DNA of 64,000 bases from assembly GCA_963693365.1 (NCBI GenBank), contig CAVNZM010000004.1:11436468-11500467 (forward strand). The letters are read 5' to 3'. The notes beneath the pieces are model-generated. The model had not been told where the DNA came from. It ran no database searches and saw only the letters and a program-made list of their open reading frames with translations. Of the stretch, positions 1-23,229 are shown in pieces. A program made the position numbers and the translations under genes. Position 1 is the first letter of the stretch, and every line of letters starts with the position of its first letter. The DNA comes from Amoebidium appalachense (Eukaryota > Protista > Ichthyosporea).

Positions 1-504
1 CTCTTTCAGGGCAAGGTTTTCAGTTTTTAGTTTTTTTTTGTTTTGTTTTTTTTTTTTGTATCTGGTTTCCTCGTCACCTCTATCCATTTCTCTTTTTATC
101 CCACCCTTTCCCCCTCCCCTTCTCACCTCTACCTCTCTCACGCTCCTTTCCACCCCTCTCTCTATATCCTAGGCTTCCCCCCCCCCCCCCCCCCAAATTT
201 ATGTATGATACTTACCGCCATATTCCAGGTGATGAAAATGATAAATCCACCGTCACTGGAACCGACACAACTCTCTCCCTTCCGGTTCTTTCCATTTGCA
301 ACTCGTACCTTCTCTACAACATGTTGATTATGCAGATCAACATGCCGATCCTGAGTGTAAGACCTCCCCTTCCCCCCCCATCCCCCCTTCCTCCACTCCC
401 ACCCCACCCCACTCCCCATTTGCAACCAGCACCACCACTACCATCCACCCACCACCAGGCCATCTGGGCATTCCCGTTCCGACCCCCCTCTCCCCCCCCC
501 CCCC

Positions 505-535
<31 letters not shown>

Positions 536-998
536 TTCGCCCTCTGCCACACAGGCAACCACGCACATGCATATCACTGTGGCACCACACAGCCACGCGA
601 ACTTTTAAGTCTCTGTCCGTTCTTCGTGCATCCTGCTTGCAAATGCAACCTCAGCTTCCAACATTCATAGGTAACCTTCTTGGGTCTGCTCAAAACGGTT
701 TGTCTACCCACGTTCATGTTTAGCGGTGTCCACTTTCGTTCTTTTTTTGGCGACGTGAATGGGTCGAAACTCCTCTACTGTAATGATTTGCTTTTTTCCC
801 GTGAAGATGGGCTCCATATAATGTTGTTTGGTTGGCTTACCCGAGTCCACGTTGTTTTCCTTCAAGAGAGATTTTGAAGTTGGTATTTTCGCACATCCTA
901 ACCCTCCCTCTCTTCCCCCTTTCCAACACCCCCCCACCCGCAACCGCCTTAACTCCCTCAACCACGTCCCCTCCCCCCTTCCCCCCGGTGGGCCCCTG

Positions 999-1041
<43 letters not shown>

Positions 1042-1043
<2 letters not shown>

Positions 1044-1657
1044 CAACACGCGCATGTGGATTGCACACAATCCGGAGATCACGACTATCTCCGCCCCCAA
1101 TATCTCGTGGCCATCCACCAGGCCAAATTGCCAACTGTGCATAGAGGGCAACCAGAAACTGTGCACACCAAGTAAGAACACCGCGCTCCACCTCCAACCC
1201 CTTTCACTGCTTTCATCTCCTCCCGTTTCCCATGTGCATTGTTTAAAAAACATTTGAGCTTATTTGTCTGTGTCCCCCTGAGCTTTTCTCATTCAGAAGA
1301 CTAGTTCCCAGGGAAGCACAAAAGAGGGAAAAGGTAATAAAATCTTACTGCGGTGGGAGTCATATTGGATGCAGAGTGCAAGCGGTGGGCTATTGGTGGT
1401 TGCCTCTTGCTTTCCATGTTAGTCTGAAAACGGCGATGTCTCCTATGCACTTATGTAATGTTCTACTGCATCCTGCTTTTCCACGCTCCAAGGGGAAGGG
1501 GGGGGGGGGGAGGGGAGGATTCGGCCAGAGGAGGAATTATTTTCTTTCTATTGACGGGCTATGTGATAGCAACAAGCATGGGCCATCCATTCCGTCAATC
1601 TCTCTGCTAACCAGTCATCCCACCCCCCTCCCCTTCTTCCCGCGCGCCACACACACA

Positions 1658-1709
<52 letters not shown>

Positions 1710-2105
1710 TCACGTACACTTTTCCACTCCCGCAGGCAATATGCCAGCCAATTTCGCTCCAAACACTACGGCCGAAGATACCCGTGCCTGCAACATCAAC
1801 TCAGAATATATGAGCACAGGCCCAGTCAGTCTGAATGTTACAGCCCCCGCTCCAAATTGCACCAATCAGGCTGGAGACAAACCCCCTTGCTGTGACGTAA
1901 GCGTGGTTCAAGGGACATTTTGCAGCAACACACAACTGGGTATATGTCAGGTTGCGCTTGCGTTTATGCACACCACAAGCACAAAAGGGTGGGCGTAGGG
2001 AGGGGATGGTTTGATTATGGTAAGAGATGTTTGTTTCGAATGAATGTTTTGTTGTGGTTGCTGTAATACGCTAATTGGCCTATGTTGCAGGCTTGTGTTT
2101 TATGA
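1042..2105 (+). CDS. 3' exons of a probable secreted or surface Cys-containing glycoprotein (5' exons unresolved)
   Basis: Phase-compatible GT-AG exons 1042-1171, 1736-1896 and 2091-2105 give NNTRMWIAHNPEITTISAPNISWP..CQLCIEGNQKLCTP-SNMPANFAPNTT...NCTNQAGDKPPCCD-ACVL*. There are five N-x-S/T sequons and a weak resemblance to receptor-L/LRR repeats. An alternative frame is also open. Confidence 0.4.
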
Positions 2106-2664
2106 AAGGCACTGCTTTAACGCACACTATGCAAAAATTTCCTAGTTCGAGAAATAATTTCATGCACGGGAAGGTGTAACGTAGATGACACTTCACAGAA
2201 GGTCTTTTTCCTTTTTAGTGCGTTGAAGTGTTTCTTTTGTCTCTTCTTGTAAACCTTTGCTCTCCTGCCAGTTTGTTTGTATTGCTTGGAGACTTGCCCT
2301 TTCCATCTCAAAACTGTGGTTTCTGAAACAGTTTTGTTTCTTCAAATGTGGCAAAACCAGTGTCCTTGCTCTGTTCTCAGCTGTAAGGGGTTAATATATT
2401 CTCTTGGGTCGGATTAAGCTATTTTTAGTTGGTGAGATAATCGTTGGATAGACGAAGTTGTGTACATACAAAAATGCTATCATAGAAAGAGATGTTCGGC
2501 TTGTACAACATATATCCAAAAGCCCTGAAGGGTAATATTTCAGAAGCAGAATTAAATACAATTATAAGAACCCAGATTTGTCTACAAGGACTTAACATGT
2601 GGGCGGAGTTAGGTGCGGTTGAGATTCGAAGCGCCTGTGCACGTCCTCATGAGCTCGAGCCCAG

Positions 2665-2748
<84 letters not shown>

Positions 2749-4219
2749 AAGAAAACAACAAAAAAAAAAAGAAATGAAAGAAAGAAAAAAAGAAAAAAAG
2801 AAAAAACTTGAAAAAAGAAGTCTTCCGCCAGCACCGGTAGCACCATAACCACCACCAAAGGAAGACGAAAGAAAACACATGCACCCTCTCTGAGATTCCA
2901 GTGTCGGTTTCCCTCCCCTCAAGTCCCTCCCCTCCCTTCCTCGTCGCCACCACCATTAGTCTAGGCTGAGCACCCAAGCCACCCATACACCCATACACCC
3001 GCTAACCCACGTATCCAAAAGAAACTTAATGTATATCAGGGTATCTATCTGTGAGGTTTGGCCAGTTGGGCCTGTGCATGGTGGAACTAACAGCTATAGC
3101 TATGAACCACTCAAGCCATCCCCCAACAATTATTCTAAAGATATGTCCCACGTGCCCACCATCGGTGCCCAAATGTGCACAATTTTGGTTTGCAAAGCAT
3201 CACGTGAACACATGCACAGACACCAAAACACACACCTATGTGCGCCGAAATATGCACGCACATGTATGCATACCCACAGACATGAGACAAAGTCATGAAT
3301 GGAACTTTTGTTCTGATCGAACATGTGCATCTGATCAGATTTGCCCCCTGATGACAATTTTCACCACCGGTAGGGCCTACCTAACAATATTCCTACTTTT
3401 CTGTTCGTTTATAAAAACTATAGTCCTACATGTGCCCCTCAATCGATGTAAAAAACAGTGAGTCTATAAACTTATCAGACATTTTGCGCACCCAAGTCTC
3501 GTAACGGTATATGTATTCTGGATATCACAATGTCATTACGTCACAGTGGGTAGATTCTGGTTAAGAAAGGTGTGTGAGCCGGCGTTCCCGAGGAAGGGGA
3601 GGGGAGGGGACCAATAAGGGACCCCGGGTGGGGGGGAGGGGGGAGGGGGCACAGCATATCCGAGTATCCGGTCGTCAGGTGACGAATGTGCACAGGTGCT
3701 AGTTGGTGCCTGAAAAGATGTTTACTGATCAAAGCACACCAATAAAACAAAATCGCACACGTACGTACCCGCAAGTACAATATGGTATGGCCATGCAGTG
3801 TGCATGCCATTCCAAGTTAGGTATACTGCAGGCAAAACATGTACATGATAATGAGTTGAGGATTCATGTATGTTTTTTGCAATTCCCCGAATCCATGCAA
3901 AGAGAAAAGAACGAGCAAACACTTATGTACACCAGATAACCGCCACCGGGGCTAAAAGAATAGCAAAAAAGAGGGGCCCAGCGTTAGTAAAACATACGTT
4001 CATTCATAAAGTACATTTTATATCATCCAATCCACAACGATAGTAGCAGAAAAACCTGCAATTAGTGCCGGACTAGCAAAGTACAAGTCATTCGATAATT
4101 GCATATCCAACCACTTAGACAAGAGGAATTTCACGCATTTTCAAGCACTCACAGTCCAAAAAAAGGCCATGGAGAAAGACCATGGGATTGATAATTCGAG
4201 ATAGTCATTGGATATACGG

Positions 4220-13467
<9,248 letters not shown>

Positions 13468-14622
13468 GACGAAAACACTATTTTCAATCTCCAAACGTGT
13501 GCGATGTTTTTGGTTGAAACTAACGATAGCTGTGGTGGGAGCTGCAGTCTACGTCATGGCGAGACACGAGTTCCTCGTATTGATGATCCCTTAACAGGCT
13601 GCTGGTTTACTTTCGTGTCCTTTGCTCACAAAAAAACCGTTTTAATGGGGCCGTCACGCAAAAACCAGTAACGGAGTTATCTGATGCTATCCATCTCTCA
13701 CACTCTGGTCCCTCACAAACCCATGGAATTCGATTACCCGGTAGCGATTGTATCATCGGGCGCACTATCGAAGTCGAAGGAGTACTTTTAGAACAGGAGG
13801 ACCCCAGGGCCAGAAGTTTATGTGATGTGTAAGGAGAACGGTGCGCCAAATGTTGGGCCAGAACAACCTGTCTGCCTGTGTGTCCGCGTGTGTGTGCGTC
13901 CGTGTGGTGTGCGTGCGTGCGTGTGTGTGGCGTGTGTGCGTGCCGGTAGTGGGCTTGGGCGGCGAGGGGGAGGGGGGCGGGGGGCGGAGGTGGGGAGGGG
14001 AGAGGGAGAGGGGGGGGGGGGGGGGAGAGGGGGGAGGGGGGGGGGAGGGGGAGGCGGGGACAGGGAGGGGAGGGGGAGTAACGAAAATAAAGTTGGGTGG
14101 GAGTACGTTATGAAAACAAGAAAAACTCGAACAGCTTATAAAAACTAGGCTAAAGTTTGTTATCAAGCCTAAAGAAAAACGAGAATCTGTAAACCCCTTA
14201 AAACGCTTAACAACGTGTTTTAAGAGAAGGAAATAAACACCACACACGTCTTCTCTGTTGTCCTTCTACGCTGTTTCACCAGTTTACAGGCTGTGTGCTG
14301 GTGGTGGGACGACCGGTACCGTCCGAACCATGGCCGCCCGGATCAAGATGAAACGGAGGTGGCTCAGCGTAATCTCACTATTGAACCAATCAGATGCAGT
14401 GAAAATATTGTAAACCAATACTAACAAACAGCAGCTAGCCAAATACGGTTTATCGTTGTTTACCCCGGTAGATCAGATCTGATCGTGTTGGCGGTGCCTG
14501 TACACACGGGTCACACGTGCGTGCTGAAAAACTGTGAACCTGTGACGGGGTGGAAAAGGTAGTGTACTGTACTTACGGAGGGAAGAACGCAGACGGCGGA
14601 CACAGAACTTGGCAGTGAAAAG

Positions 14623-14981
14623 ATGGAGGAAGAAGATAACATTTGGGTGGCGGCGAGCGACGGAAAGATCGACCTGGTCAAGCAGGTACGCAATTTATAG
14701 CTGTGGATGAGAAGGAAAAGGCCAGTGCTTGGGGCTTCAACGTTAGAAGAACTTGGAATGTGGGTTGGTATAGAACACTTGCGTTCGCTCTTTTTCTTCT
14801 TTTCCTGTAGCGCTCCCTTTATTCTGGTTAAAACCTATGCCAGCGATAAGCATCCCCTTCTCCCTTCAAGCCCACCTTACATTAACCCTTCTCCCTCTCC
14901 TCCCAAGCCCCCCCTCTTGCCGCCTCCACCCCCTCCCCCCCCTCCGCCCTTCAGCCCTCCCTCCCCCCCCCCTCCCCTCCC

Positions 14982-15045
<64 letters not shown>

Positions 15046-15181
15046 CGTACACACGCACACATCGCTTCTTCTGCCCTGTTTCTGCCTCCGTTTCGCCCAC
15101 CACCGTACCTATGATCTTAGTGCTCTAAGCTTTCTCGTCGCTGGGAGACTTTCGAACCATACAGGGAGTGTCTTGATGCTT

Positions 15182-15225
<44 letters not shown>

Positions 15226-15394
15226 GGGGGTGGGGGGGGAGGGAGGGGGGGGGGGGGAGGGGGGGGGAGGGGGGAAGGGGGGGGGGGGGGGGGGCAGGTG
15301 GGGAGTGGATGGTTGTGGAGAGGGAAGAATGGGTAGGTTTTTTTGGGGGGAGTGAAGGGTTGTGAGGATGAGAGAATGGGGAGTTTTTTTTTTT

Positions 15395-15442
<48 letters not shown>

Positions 15443-17598
15443 GTGGGAGAGGGGGGGAGGGGGGAGGGGGGTGTCATCTCACTCAAGGCTACGGGGAAAT
15501 TCATGGAAGCCTGAACTAAGCGAGTGCAAGCGGAGTAATAGGAGGTGATGGTTTGGCAAAGAAGCACGATAATCTGCAACAAGGGTAGAGGGTGCGGTAA
15601 AGGGGGAACTGGGCAGGTGGCTTACGGGTAGAGTTGGGCAGTGTGGGAAGTGGGGCGACGAAGGTGGTGGGCTTAGGGAAAGGCAAAACTCCTGCTGATG
15701 CAACTTGTGTTTCGCGCAGTTGATTGAGAGCGGCAAGCACGATGTCAACGCGAAAGATGAGAACGGCTACACCCCCATGTATGTACCCTCCCCCGTGTTT
15801 CGTCCCTGGGTTTATTCTTGTTGTGTTCCTCTTCCCTTGGTTGTTTGGTCGACTTTATCAGTTGCGGTTTGAAGGCTACAGGATATTCTGTTCAGCCACT
15901 AACCTCTTCGTGCAACTATCCCTTCAGTCTCTTTGCGTGAGAAGAATTGGAAATGGGGGAGGTGAGGAGGTTTTTTTTTTTTTGTGTGTGTGTGTGTGTT
16001 TGTTTTTTTTTGGGGGGGGGGGGGGGGGGGGGGGGGGGCCTGATTTTCTCATTTGTTTGAGTGTGGTCTGTTAAAGCCAATCAGACCTCTGCTTCTATTA
16101 ATTCACAGCCTAGCCGCCCCCCCCCCCCCCCCCCCTCCCCTCCCCCCACCCCCTCCCTCCCTTCTCCACCGTCCCACCCCCTTCCCCCCTTCCCCCTTCC
16201 CCCCCCCCCCCTCCAAACGCACATTTGCACCCACCTTCGTTCCTGGCTCTTCATTGCATATCTTAGTTTTTCGGTCTCCTCTCCCCCCCTCCCATTTCCC
16301 CCCTTCTTTCCCCCCCCCCCCCCCCCCCCCACAAACACACACATACCCAGCCCCACCCCCACCCACACGCCACCCACCGACCGATTCACTCACCTCCATG
16401 ATACTGTAGGAGATCCTTGCATGGTTTTTTGTTCTCTCCTTTCTCACTTTGTTGTCGGGAGGCCCCATGGGGTTGTTGGGCTGTGTGTGTGTGTGTGTGT
16501 GTGTGAAGGGGGGAAGGGGGGGAAGGGGGGGGGGGGGGGAGCACATTTTTCGGGCTTGCATTGTGGCTTTTGTTTACTCTATTTTTGGTGTCCTTGCCTC
16601 TGTGTTTGCCACCCTTGTATGCCCCGCCCCCCCCCCCCCCCCCCCCTCCCTTTTCCACACACACACACACACACCCTTTCTTCAGCTCTGTGGGTTTTCG
16701 TCGTGTAACCTTTTGACTCCTCATGCACTGCAATGGCTGATTCTAACCCCTCGTTCCCACTTCCTTCCACTCACTATTCTTTCACACAGCCATGCAGCTG
16801 TGAGCTGGGGTCATGAGGCACTACTCCACTATCTGCTGGAGAAGGGTGCAGACCCAAACATAGGCGACCTGGATGGGGACACACCACTGCATGTCTGCGA
16901 AAAGTGAGTGGATTGAAGTATTGGATGTTGTGGGCTTTCGGATGCTTGTTGTAAGATAAACTTTTTGGACCCTGTGTGTTTGTGTTTATTACTTCACGTC
17001 TGTTTTTTCTCCTTTTATTGTTGATCCCCGATGGGGGGGGGGGGGGGGGGGGGGAGGGAGGGGGAGGGGGGAGGGGGAGGGAAGGTAGTTAGCAAGGGGG
17101 GCGAGAGGAGCAAGGGGAGGAGGAAGCTGGATCTCTTGCATGTTACTTTATAAGGCTAGGCCCCCATATAGGTGTACCCCGGATCAATCCAGCCCCAAAC
17201 CCGACTGTTCATTCTCCTCTCACGGGGGCCCACCATATCACACAGCCCAACTCCCCTCCCTTTTCACTCTACCTTCTTTGAGTATTAGCACTTGATCGGG
17301 ACACACTTGCCACTACCAGCACTTATGCAGCGACATGCAAACAGTAGCATCCTGTACACTTTTTCCCACGGCACTTCTGCTTTCTCTTTCAACTGTCCCG
17401 CTCATGGTTTTGACTATGACGTTGCACCACTATTATAAGCACGCCTGCATGCTAGGGTGATGTAGTGCAAAGCAATCACAAAAGTGGGGTAGTGTCAGGT
17501 TGGGGCTAATCTGTGGGTCACAGGCCGGCCATAGCTGAGATCCTTCTGAATGCTGGGGCTACAGTCGATAAGACAAATGACGAAGGCCGCACTGTAAG

Positions 17599-17651
<53 letters not shown>

Positions 17652-18493
17652 AAAAAAAGAAGAAGAAAAAAAAGGACAAAGAAAGAAAGGAAGAAATCTC
17701 TCGTGGGAAAGGAAAGGAAAGGAAAGAAAGTGAGAAAGAACGAGACGCGTATGTGCGCACACGCACACACGCGCACACACACACACACACACTTCTCCTC
17801 GCCCCCCTCCCCCTACCCCTCTCCCTGCTTTGCTCCCCCCCGCTCTGATAACACGCACCCATCCCCCACCCACCCTCCCCCTCTCCCCCTTCTTGCCTTG
17901 ACCCCCCCCCCCCCACCCTCTGATAACACACATCCATATCCCCCCCTTCCGCCCCGACCCCCCCCCCCTCCCCCCACCTCCTTCCTCTCGTCCCTCTGGT
18001 TTCGCATTTTTTCTCTGGCACGCATATTCGCCGAAATTTCCTCTTAACTGTGCTGTCGGCACGCATAGTAGTTTTGGTGTAGTGTCTAAGGTGTGGCGGT
18101 CGTTGTTAGACTTCGTTTCGTTTGATACATTTAGATTTCGCTTGTAGGCACTATATCCTTTTTCCTACCTTCCCTTCCTGCATCATTGCACGTGCCCACA
18201 CGTACACCTTTCCGGCTCTTAGACCCCTCCCCCCCTCCCCCCCCCCCCCCATATAAAGAATAAATAAATAAAATGTGTGCGTCTAGTCTATACGCTCACA
18301 GATGCATGTACACAGACGTACCTAACCACTCCCCTCCCCCCCCCTCCCCCCCCCCCCCCCCCCCCCATACTGTGCGCATGGCTGATGTTGCATACTTGAA
18401 TTTTTGCCTTTGCATGTCTCCTGCACCATGCTTCTCATCGTGTATGCGTACTTCGTACTGTGTTCCGCATTCAAACCCCCCGTTCTCCCCCTC

Positions 18494-18532
<39 letters not shown>

Positions 18533-18760
18533 CACACACACACACCAAAAAAACAGCCTGCAGATGCAGCCCGTGAAGACGAAAACATGGAGATGTACGA
18601 ATTCTACCACCAACTAGGGGTGGTGACGGCGGAACAAGTGGAAGAGTTCAAGAGGGAGCTAGAAGAGCCAGGTGCATGGGAGGAGATTAGCGGTGAGGAG
18701 GGGGAGGAGGAGGAAGGAGAGAGTGAGATTGAGGAGGGGGAGGAGGGGGTTGGGCGATAG
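14623..18760 (+). CDS. Small ankyrin-repeat protein with acidic tail (yeast YCR051W-like), about 169 aa, 5 exons
   Basis: Exons 14623-14685, 15720-15778, 16790-16903, 17524-17593 and 18557-18760 give [49 protein letters not shown]...GDLDGDTPLHVCE...NDEGRTPADAARED plus a Glu-rich C-terminus. Confidence 0.88.
18366..18475 (+). repeat. 5'-truncated copy of the same repeat (ankyrin gene intron 4)
   Basis: CATACTGTGCGCATGGCTGATGTTGCATACTTGAAT...GCGTACTTCGTACTGTGTTCCGCATTCAAACCCCCC. Confidence 0.88.
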
Positions 18761-19740
18761 TTTAGTGAGTTATATTAATACTAATATCCCTGTTATTGCT
18801 AGATGGTGTTTGTGCAGATGGTGGTGAACTGGTTTGGGGTGGGTTACTGTGGCTAGAATGAATTTCTGCTCTCTCGATGTTTGGTGCAGGCTTCTGTTTA
18901 ATGCACGTAGCTATGGAGCGAGTGCGACTTAGCCACCACTAGTGCGTTTGCACACCTCCACCATCCATGAATTGCACATAATTTTTTGGTAAGGGATGAC
19001 TGGACCTGTCTTATTGGGCTTTAATGTCCGGGAGAAGACAGTGGTGTGTGATTACGTAAGGTACGGAACTAGAGGATACAGGTGCAACGATAATCAATGG
19101 GGGGGTGTACATTATGAAGGCTCGTTACGTGCACCTTTCAAGTAGCTTTATTTTTTATCGGTATGTTTTGGAAATAATTGTTCTGAGATGTGATTCGTGT
19201 TTGGGTTTGTTTATGCTGGTGATCGTATGTTTCTGGTGCCTGCTTCATTGCAGGGCCCACCCAAGCAATGCACCCTTATGATTCAATCGCATAGCGTAGG
19301 GAATGTACGAGTCAGGCGTGGTATTCGCGTTCGGTGCACAGGTTATGGGTGGGGTATTTCAAAGTGAAAGAAAATAAAATGGAAGGTTCATGGACAGCCA
19401 CCGGATGGCAATCCAAGCATGAGAGAGAACTGCGGGTCCACATGTGGTTCAGCTGACGATGTCTGCATTGCAGATATTTGTATTGTGCATCAAAGCACAT
19501 GTTGTGACGTAAGTTACTAACTTGCTCTACATGCCCGCCTTTCGAATGCCACATCACCGTGTATACACCACCGGCACACTTCACCATCCGATCGACTCAA
19601 TTCTCAACGCTGTTGAGTTTATGACCGCTGCCCATTGCTTTACAATGTGCTATCACGATCGCGGTCATGCGTATCGATCATCCCCCCCTCCCTCCCCCCC
19701 TTCCCCCCAAAACACACACACACACACACACACACACATG

Positions 19741-19782
<42 letters not shown>

Positions 19783-19823
19783 CCCCCTTCGTACTTCATG
19801 GCCCATTTTGAACCCCCTCTCCC

Positions 19824-19861
<38 letters not shown>

Positions 19862-21103
19862 GCCCCTCAAATTTCGAGTTGCCTAGATAGCCTCTTTTCT
19901 GTTTTCGTATTTCGGCTTCAAGCCATGATGATACTCATACGCATAATAATGATTCTAAATGCTGTATCTACACGGTGGTGGAATCATTTGCAACATGGAA
20001 AGGCAACTTGGTAATCAAAAGTACAATTGTTACCATCATACGGTATGACTGGTACTACGGCATGTGGGGTCACACATGGAAATAACTTAAACTTTGCCAA
20101 TTGAATCCCTTATCACTACTAGAATTATATCATGATATAAGAAATCGATTGGTTGACCACCCGGGGATTCGAACTTGCAGAATTTACCATAACAATTGCG
20201 CCAAGGCACTTTGTATGTGCTTACACATGCATGTATCATGGTATGGTTGTGCATATCATCCAGTGTCCACTTGTGCTCGTCATAGTTGCAAGTGTGCGTA
20301 CGTCACGAGCCCGTACTTAGTTTAGTGCATGAATCAGTTCCCCTCTCTAGATCTTTTTTTTTTTTTTTTTTTTTGGGGGGGGGGGGGACGACTATTGAAG
20401 CCCCCATGTTCGTTCAGAACGGAGCACAATGGAAGAATCCATTTGTAGTGCCACGAATTTTGCCTGGCCTAGTGGCTAAGAGATGTTTGCAGGTATGACT
20501 GAATGGGGTGGGTGAGCACTGCGGCAGCGGCGAGGGGGGGGAGGGGGGAGGGGGGGGGGGGGGGGGGGGAGGGGAGCCGTGCACTGGGTTGGCCTTTTCT
20601 TCTTTTTTTTTTTGGTATGGTAATGGTGGTTGTGTGTGTGCATGTGTGCGTGTGTGCGTGCATACGTGTATCTGGTTGTTCGGGTGGGGTGGGGTGAGGT
20701 GGGGGGAGGGGTGGGGGGGATCAGTGAACGTGTTTCAACACGCGAGCTTTGTGTGTGAATGTGCACTTGAACAGAAGATATAACGGCGGGCTGTATCCGG
20801 CGATACACAAGAACACACAGCCAACTGACCCGAACAAGTATTGTATTTTGGTTCTGATTTGGTTTATTGACATGAATTATACAACCGTTCGACTAGCAGA
20901 GTCGACCAAACATTCTGAGTAGATGAATAGACACTCTTGTTCCTACTGCAATATCAACAGACTATTTTATAAAACAATAAAAAAAGTAGGAATATTATAT
21001 TTTAACAACATTCTTCCTAGTAGTAATCCAATTAGACAATATAGCAAAAACCAGGAATTACTTAGTATTGACGGCCCCCTCCCCAAAAAAGAAAAAAAAA
21101 CCC

Positions 21104-21478
21104 CTATGAAAGCTTCATGCACTTATCCGAAACATCCATCCCATTCTCATCCGTATACAACGTCTTGCAAGTGCAAAAGTCCGTGCGGCATGGGACAACA
21201 TCCCTCTTTCCGTCTGAATTCTCCACCAGACATGGCTTTGCAGACAGGCAGGGGTCCTCTGTGCATTTGTCCTTTGGGCAGCAGAACTTCAACGTGCACA
21301 TGAGCCCAGCCTTGCCAGCACAGCGGCAGCGGTTACACTGTTTGGGTAAGAAAATTGTGTGAGTTTTGATTGGAAGTTGCCGTATTTGGTTGTTACCATA
21401 TTTGGTTCCCACTCGTGCTGGTGTATGCAACTGGCTATAGCTATTGGGCCGTGCTAAGGTGTCTGCATTTCCTCTCTC

Positions 21479-21515
<37 letters not shown>

Positions 21516-21795
21516 CCCCCCCCCCCCCCCCCTCTCCCCCCCTCCCTCCCCCTCCCTCTTTCCCCTGCCACATTCTCTCACAGCTACCACCACCACCTCA
21601 AAAGCTAAACTGTTTACTTTGTTTTGTATCGTAGTCTGTGAGACAGGCACCCAACAGCCAAAAACAAATGTGGTGGGTCGGCACAAAAGGGACATTGGGG
21701 GGAAAGGGAGGTGAGGAGGGGAAAGAAAGAGAGCCCAAGAACTTGCAAAGCAGAAGTAGAAAGACTCGCGATGGAGAATAGTCGGGGCGGGAGGG

Positions 21796-21828
<33 letters not shown>

Positions 21829-23019
21829 AAATATGTTTTAAACACGTACCCAGTTGGAGTCTGGGCCCCATCCAGACCAGCCAGCCGGCACGGTGGTGTT
21901 GCCCACCTTGCAGGAGGGATCACAGGCATACTCGGGGCCCTCCGCCTTGAGCCTCCTGAGCTCCTGCCTGTCCTCGGTGGACACATGCGCCCACGGTCTG
22001 TTGTAGTCGCAGATGTTGATGCGGTAGGAATCACCGTCTTTTTGGTCCTTGAAAAGCGTCACAAGTGCATGTTTGTCCTTGACAAGATCGGTGACACCGC
22101 ACGCCGCTGAATGGTCTGCCGTCACGACTTGGAAGGTCTGGCCCTGTGTGTTTGTAATAAGTGATATGTCGGTCGACCTGCAAAGGAGCACACACAGCAG
22201 CAGGCACTGCACAAAAAATACTAATCGGATAATATCCTGTCCGGAAAAGGGGGGAGGTGAGGGGAGAGGGGGGGGGGGGGGGGAGGGGGGAGGGGGGGGG
22301 TAGCTGCTGGGCTGGGCATGAACCTTTGTCATGAGCAGATTATGGTTCGGGAATGCTAGATTTGGGCAGATGGCGAGGCGGGGCAGGGCGGGGCGGGGGC
22401 GGGGCGAAGGGGGGAGGGGAAGAGGGGGGGGGGGGGGGGGGGAGGGGGGTGGAGGGGGGGGTTATATTTCGGCAGCAGGCAAGACTAACTTACCCTCTTG
22501 ATATCCCCCTTGAATGCCGTGGCCGCTTTGAGGGTGAGCTGCATCTTCATGGGTGCACTGTGTAACACAACCACATGAGCAGGAGACCAAAAGCCCCAGC
22601 CCCCATATGCCACCAGCTCTCCTTGCACTACAAAAAAGTCATGCACACACTCGGCAAATAGATCTTCTGTCACCTGTGCTCACGAACACACTGATTCCCT
22701 GCAAATCTGTTTGCACTGCAATACTAGCAAAACACGAGCAATAACAAGCCCCCGGCAAGCCTTTGCAGCCCTATTGCACTGTGGCCGTGCAGCATAGATT
22801 ACTACTACAATTTCCTCGCCCAAGAGTATCGAACGCTTTTGCTTCAGAAAGCTCTCAAAGAAAACGAGGCCCAGGGGTGAGAGGCGGGCCGGAGGGGATT
22901 CGGGAGGGTGCGCAAGAAACAAGGAGTATACGAAGAGATAGACTTGTAAAGTTGAAGTGAAAGACACATGTCAGAAAACCAAAGGGGCGGAGGGTAAAGT
23001 GGAGGGTGTATGTGAGTGT

Positions 23020-23050
<31 letters not shown>

Positions 23051-23229
23051 GGGGGGGGGGAGGGGGTGGTTATATACTTTTCTTCGATGTTGACCACCAA
23101 AGCCTTGACCACGTCATCTGCCTTCGAGAATATCTCACAGGGGGGACGCATCAAACATGAGCATGCTTGCGCAACGCCGCTGGCTGCCACCAAGAACATC
23201 AGGTGGCTTGCAATTTTCCCGACCACCAT
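21104..23229 (-). CDS. Secreted TIMP/NTR-domain protein fused to a pacifastin/vWC-like module and a further Cys-rich module, about 247 aa, 4 exons
   Basis: Exons 23229-23078, 22557-22494, 22143-21850 and 21337-21104. The signal peptide ends AQA, followed by CSC. TIMP-like motifs ADDVVKA, FKG, TADHSAACGV, INICDYNRPW, then WCNRCRCAGKAGLMCTLKFC. Confidence 0.82.

Noticed and set aside
229-882. Upstream exons of the first gene
   Set aside because: Several AG/GT-bounded segments exist, but the reading frame could not be fixed.
20150-20210. tRNA gene on the minus strand (TGGCGCAATTG ... GTTCGAATCC)
   Set aside because: The T-stem does not pair, A/B box spacing is too short and no cloverleaf forms. 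At most a decayed tRNA/SINE remnant.
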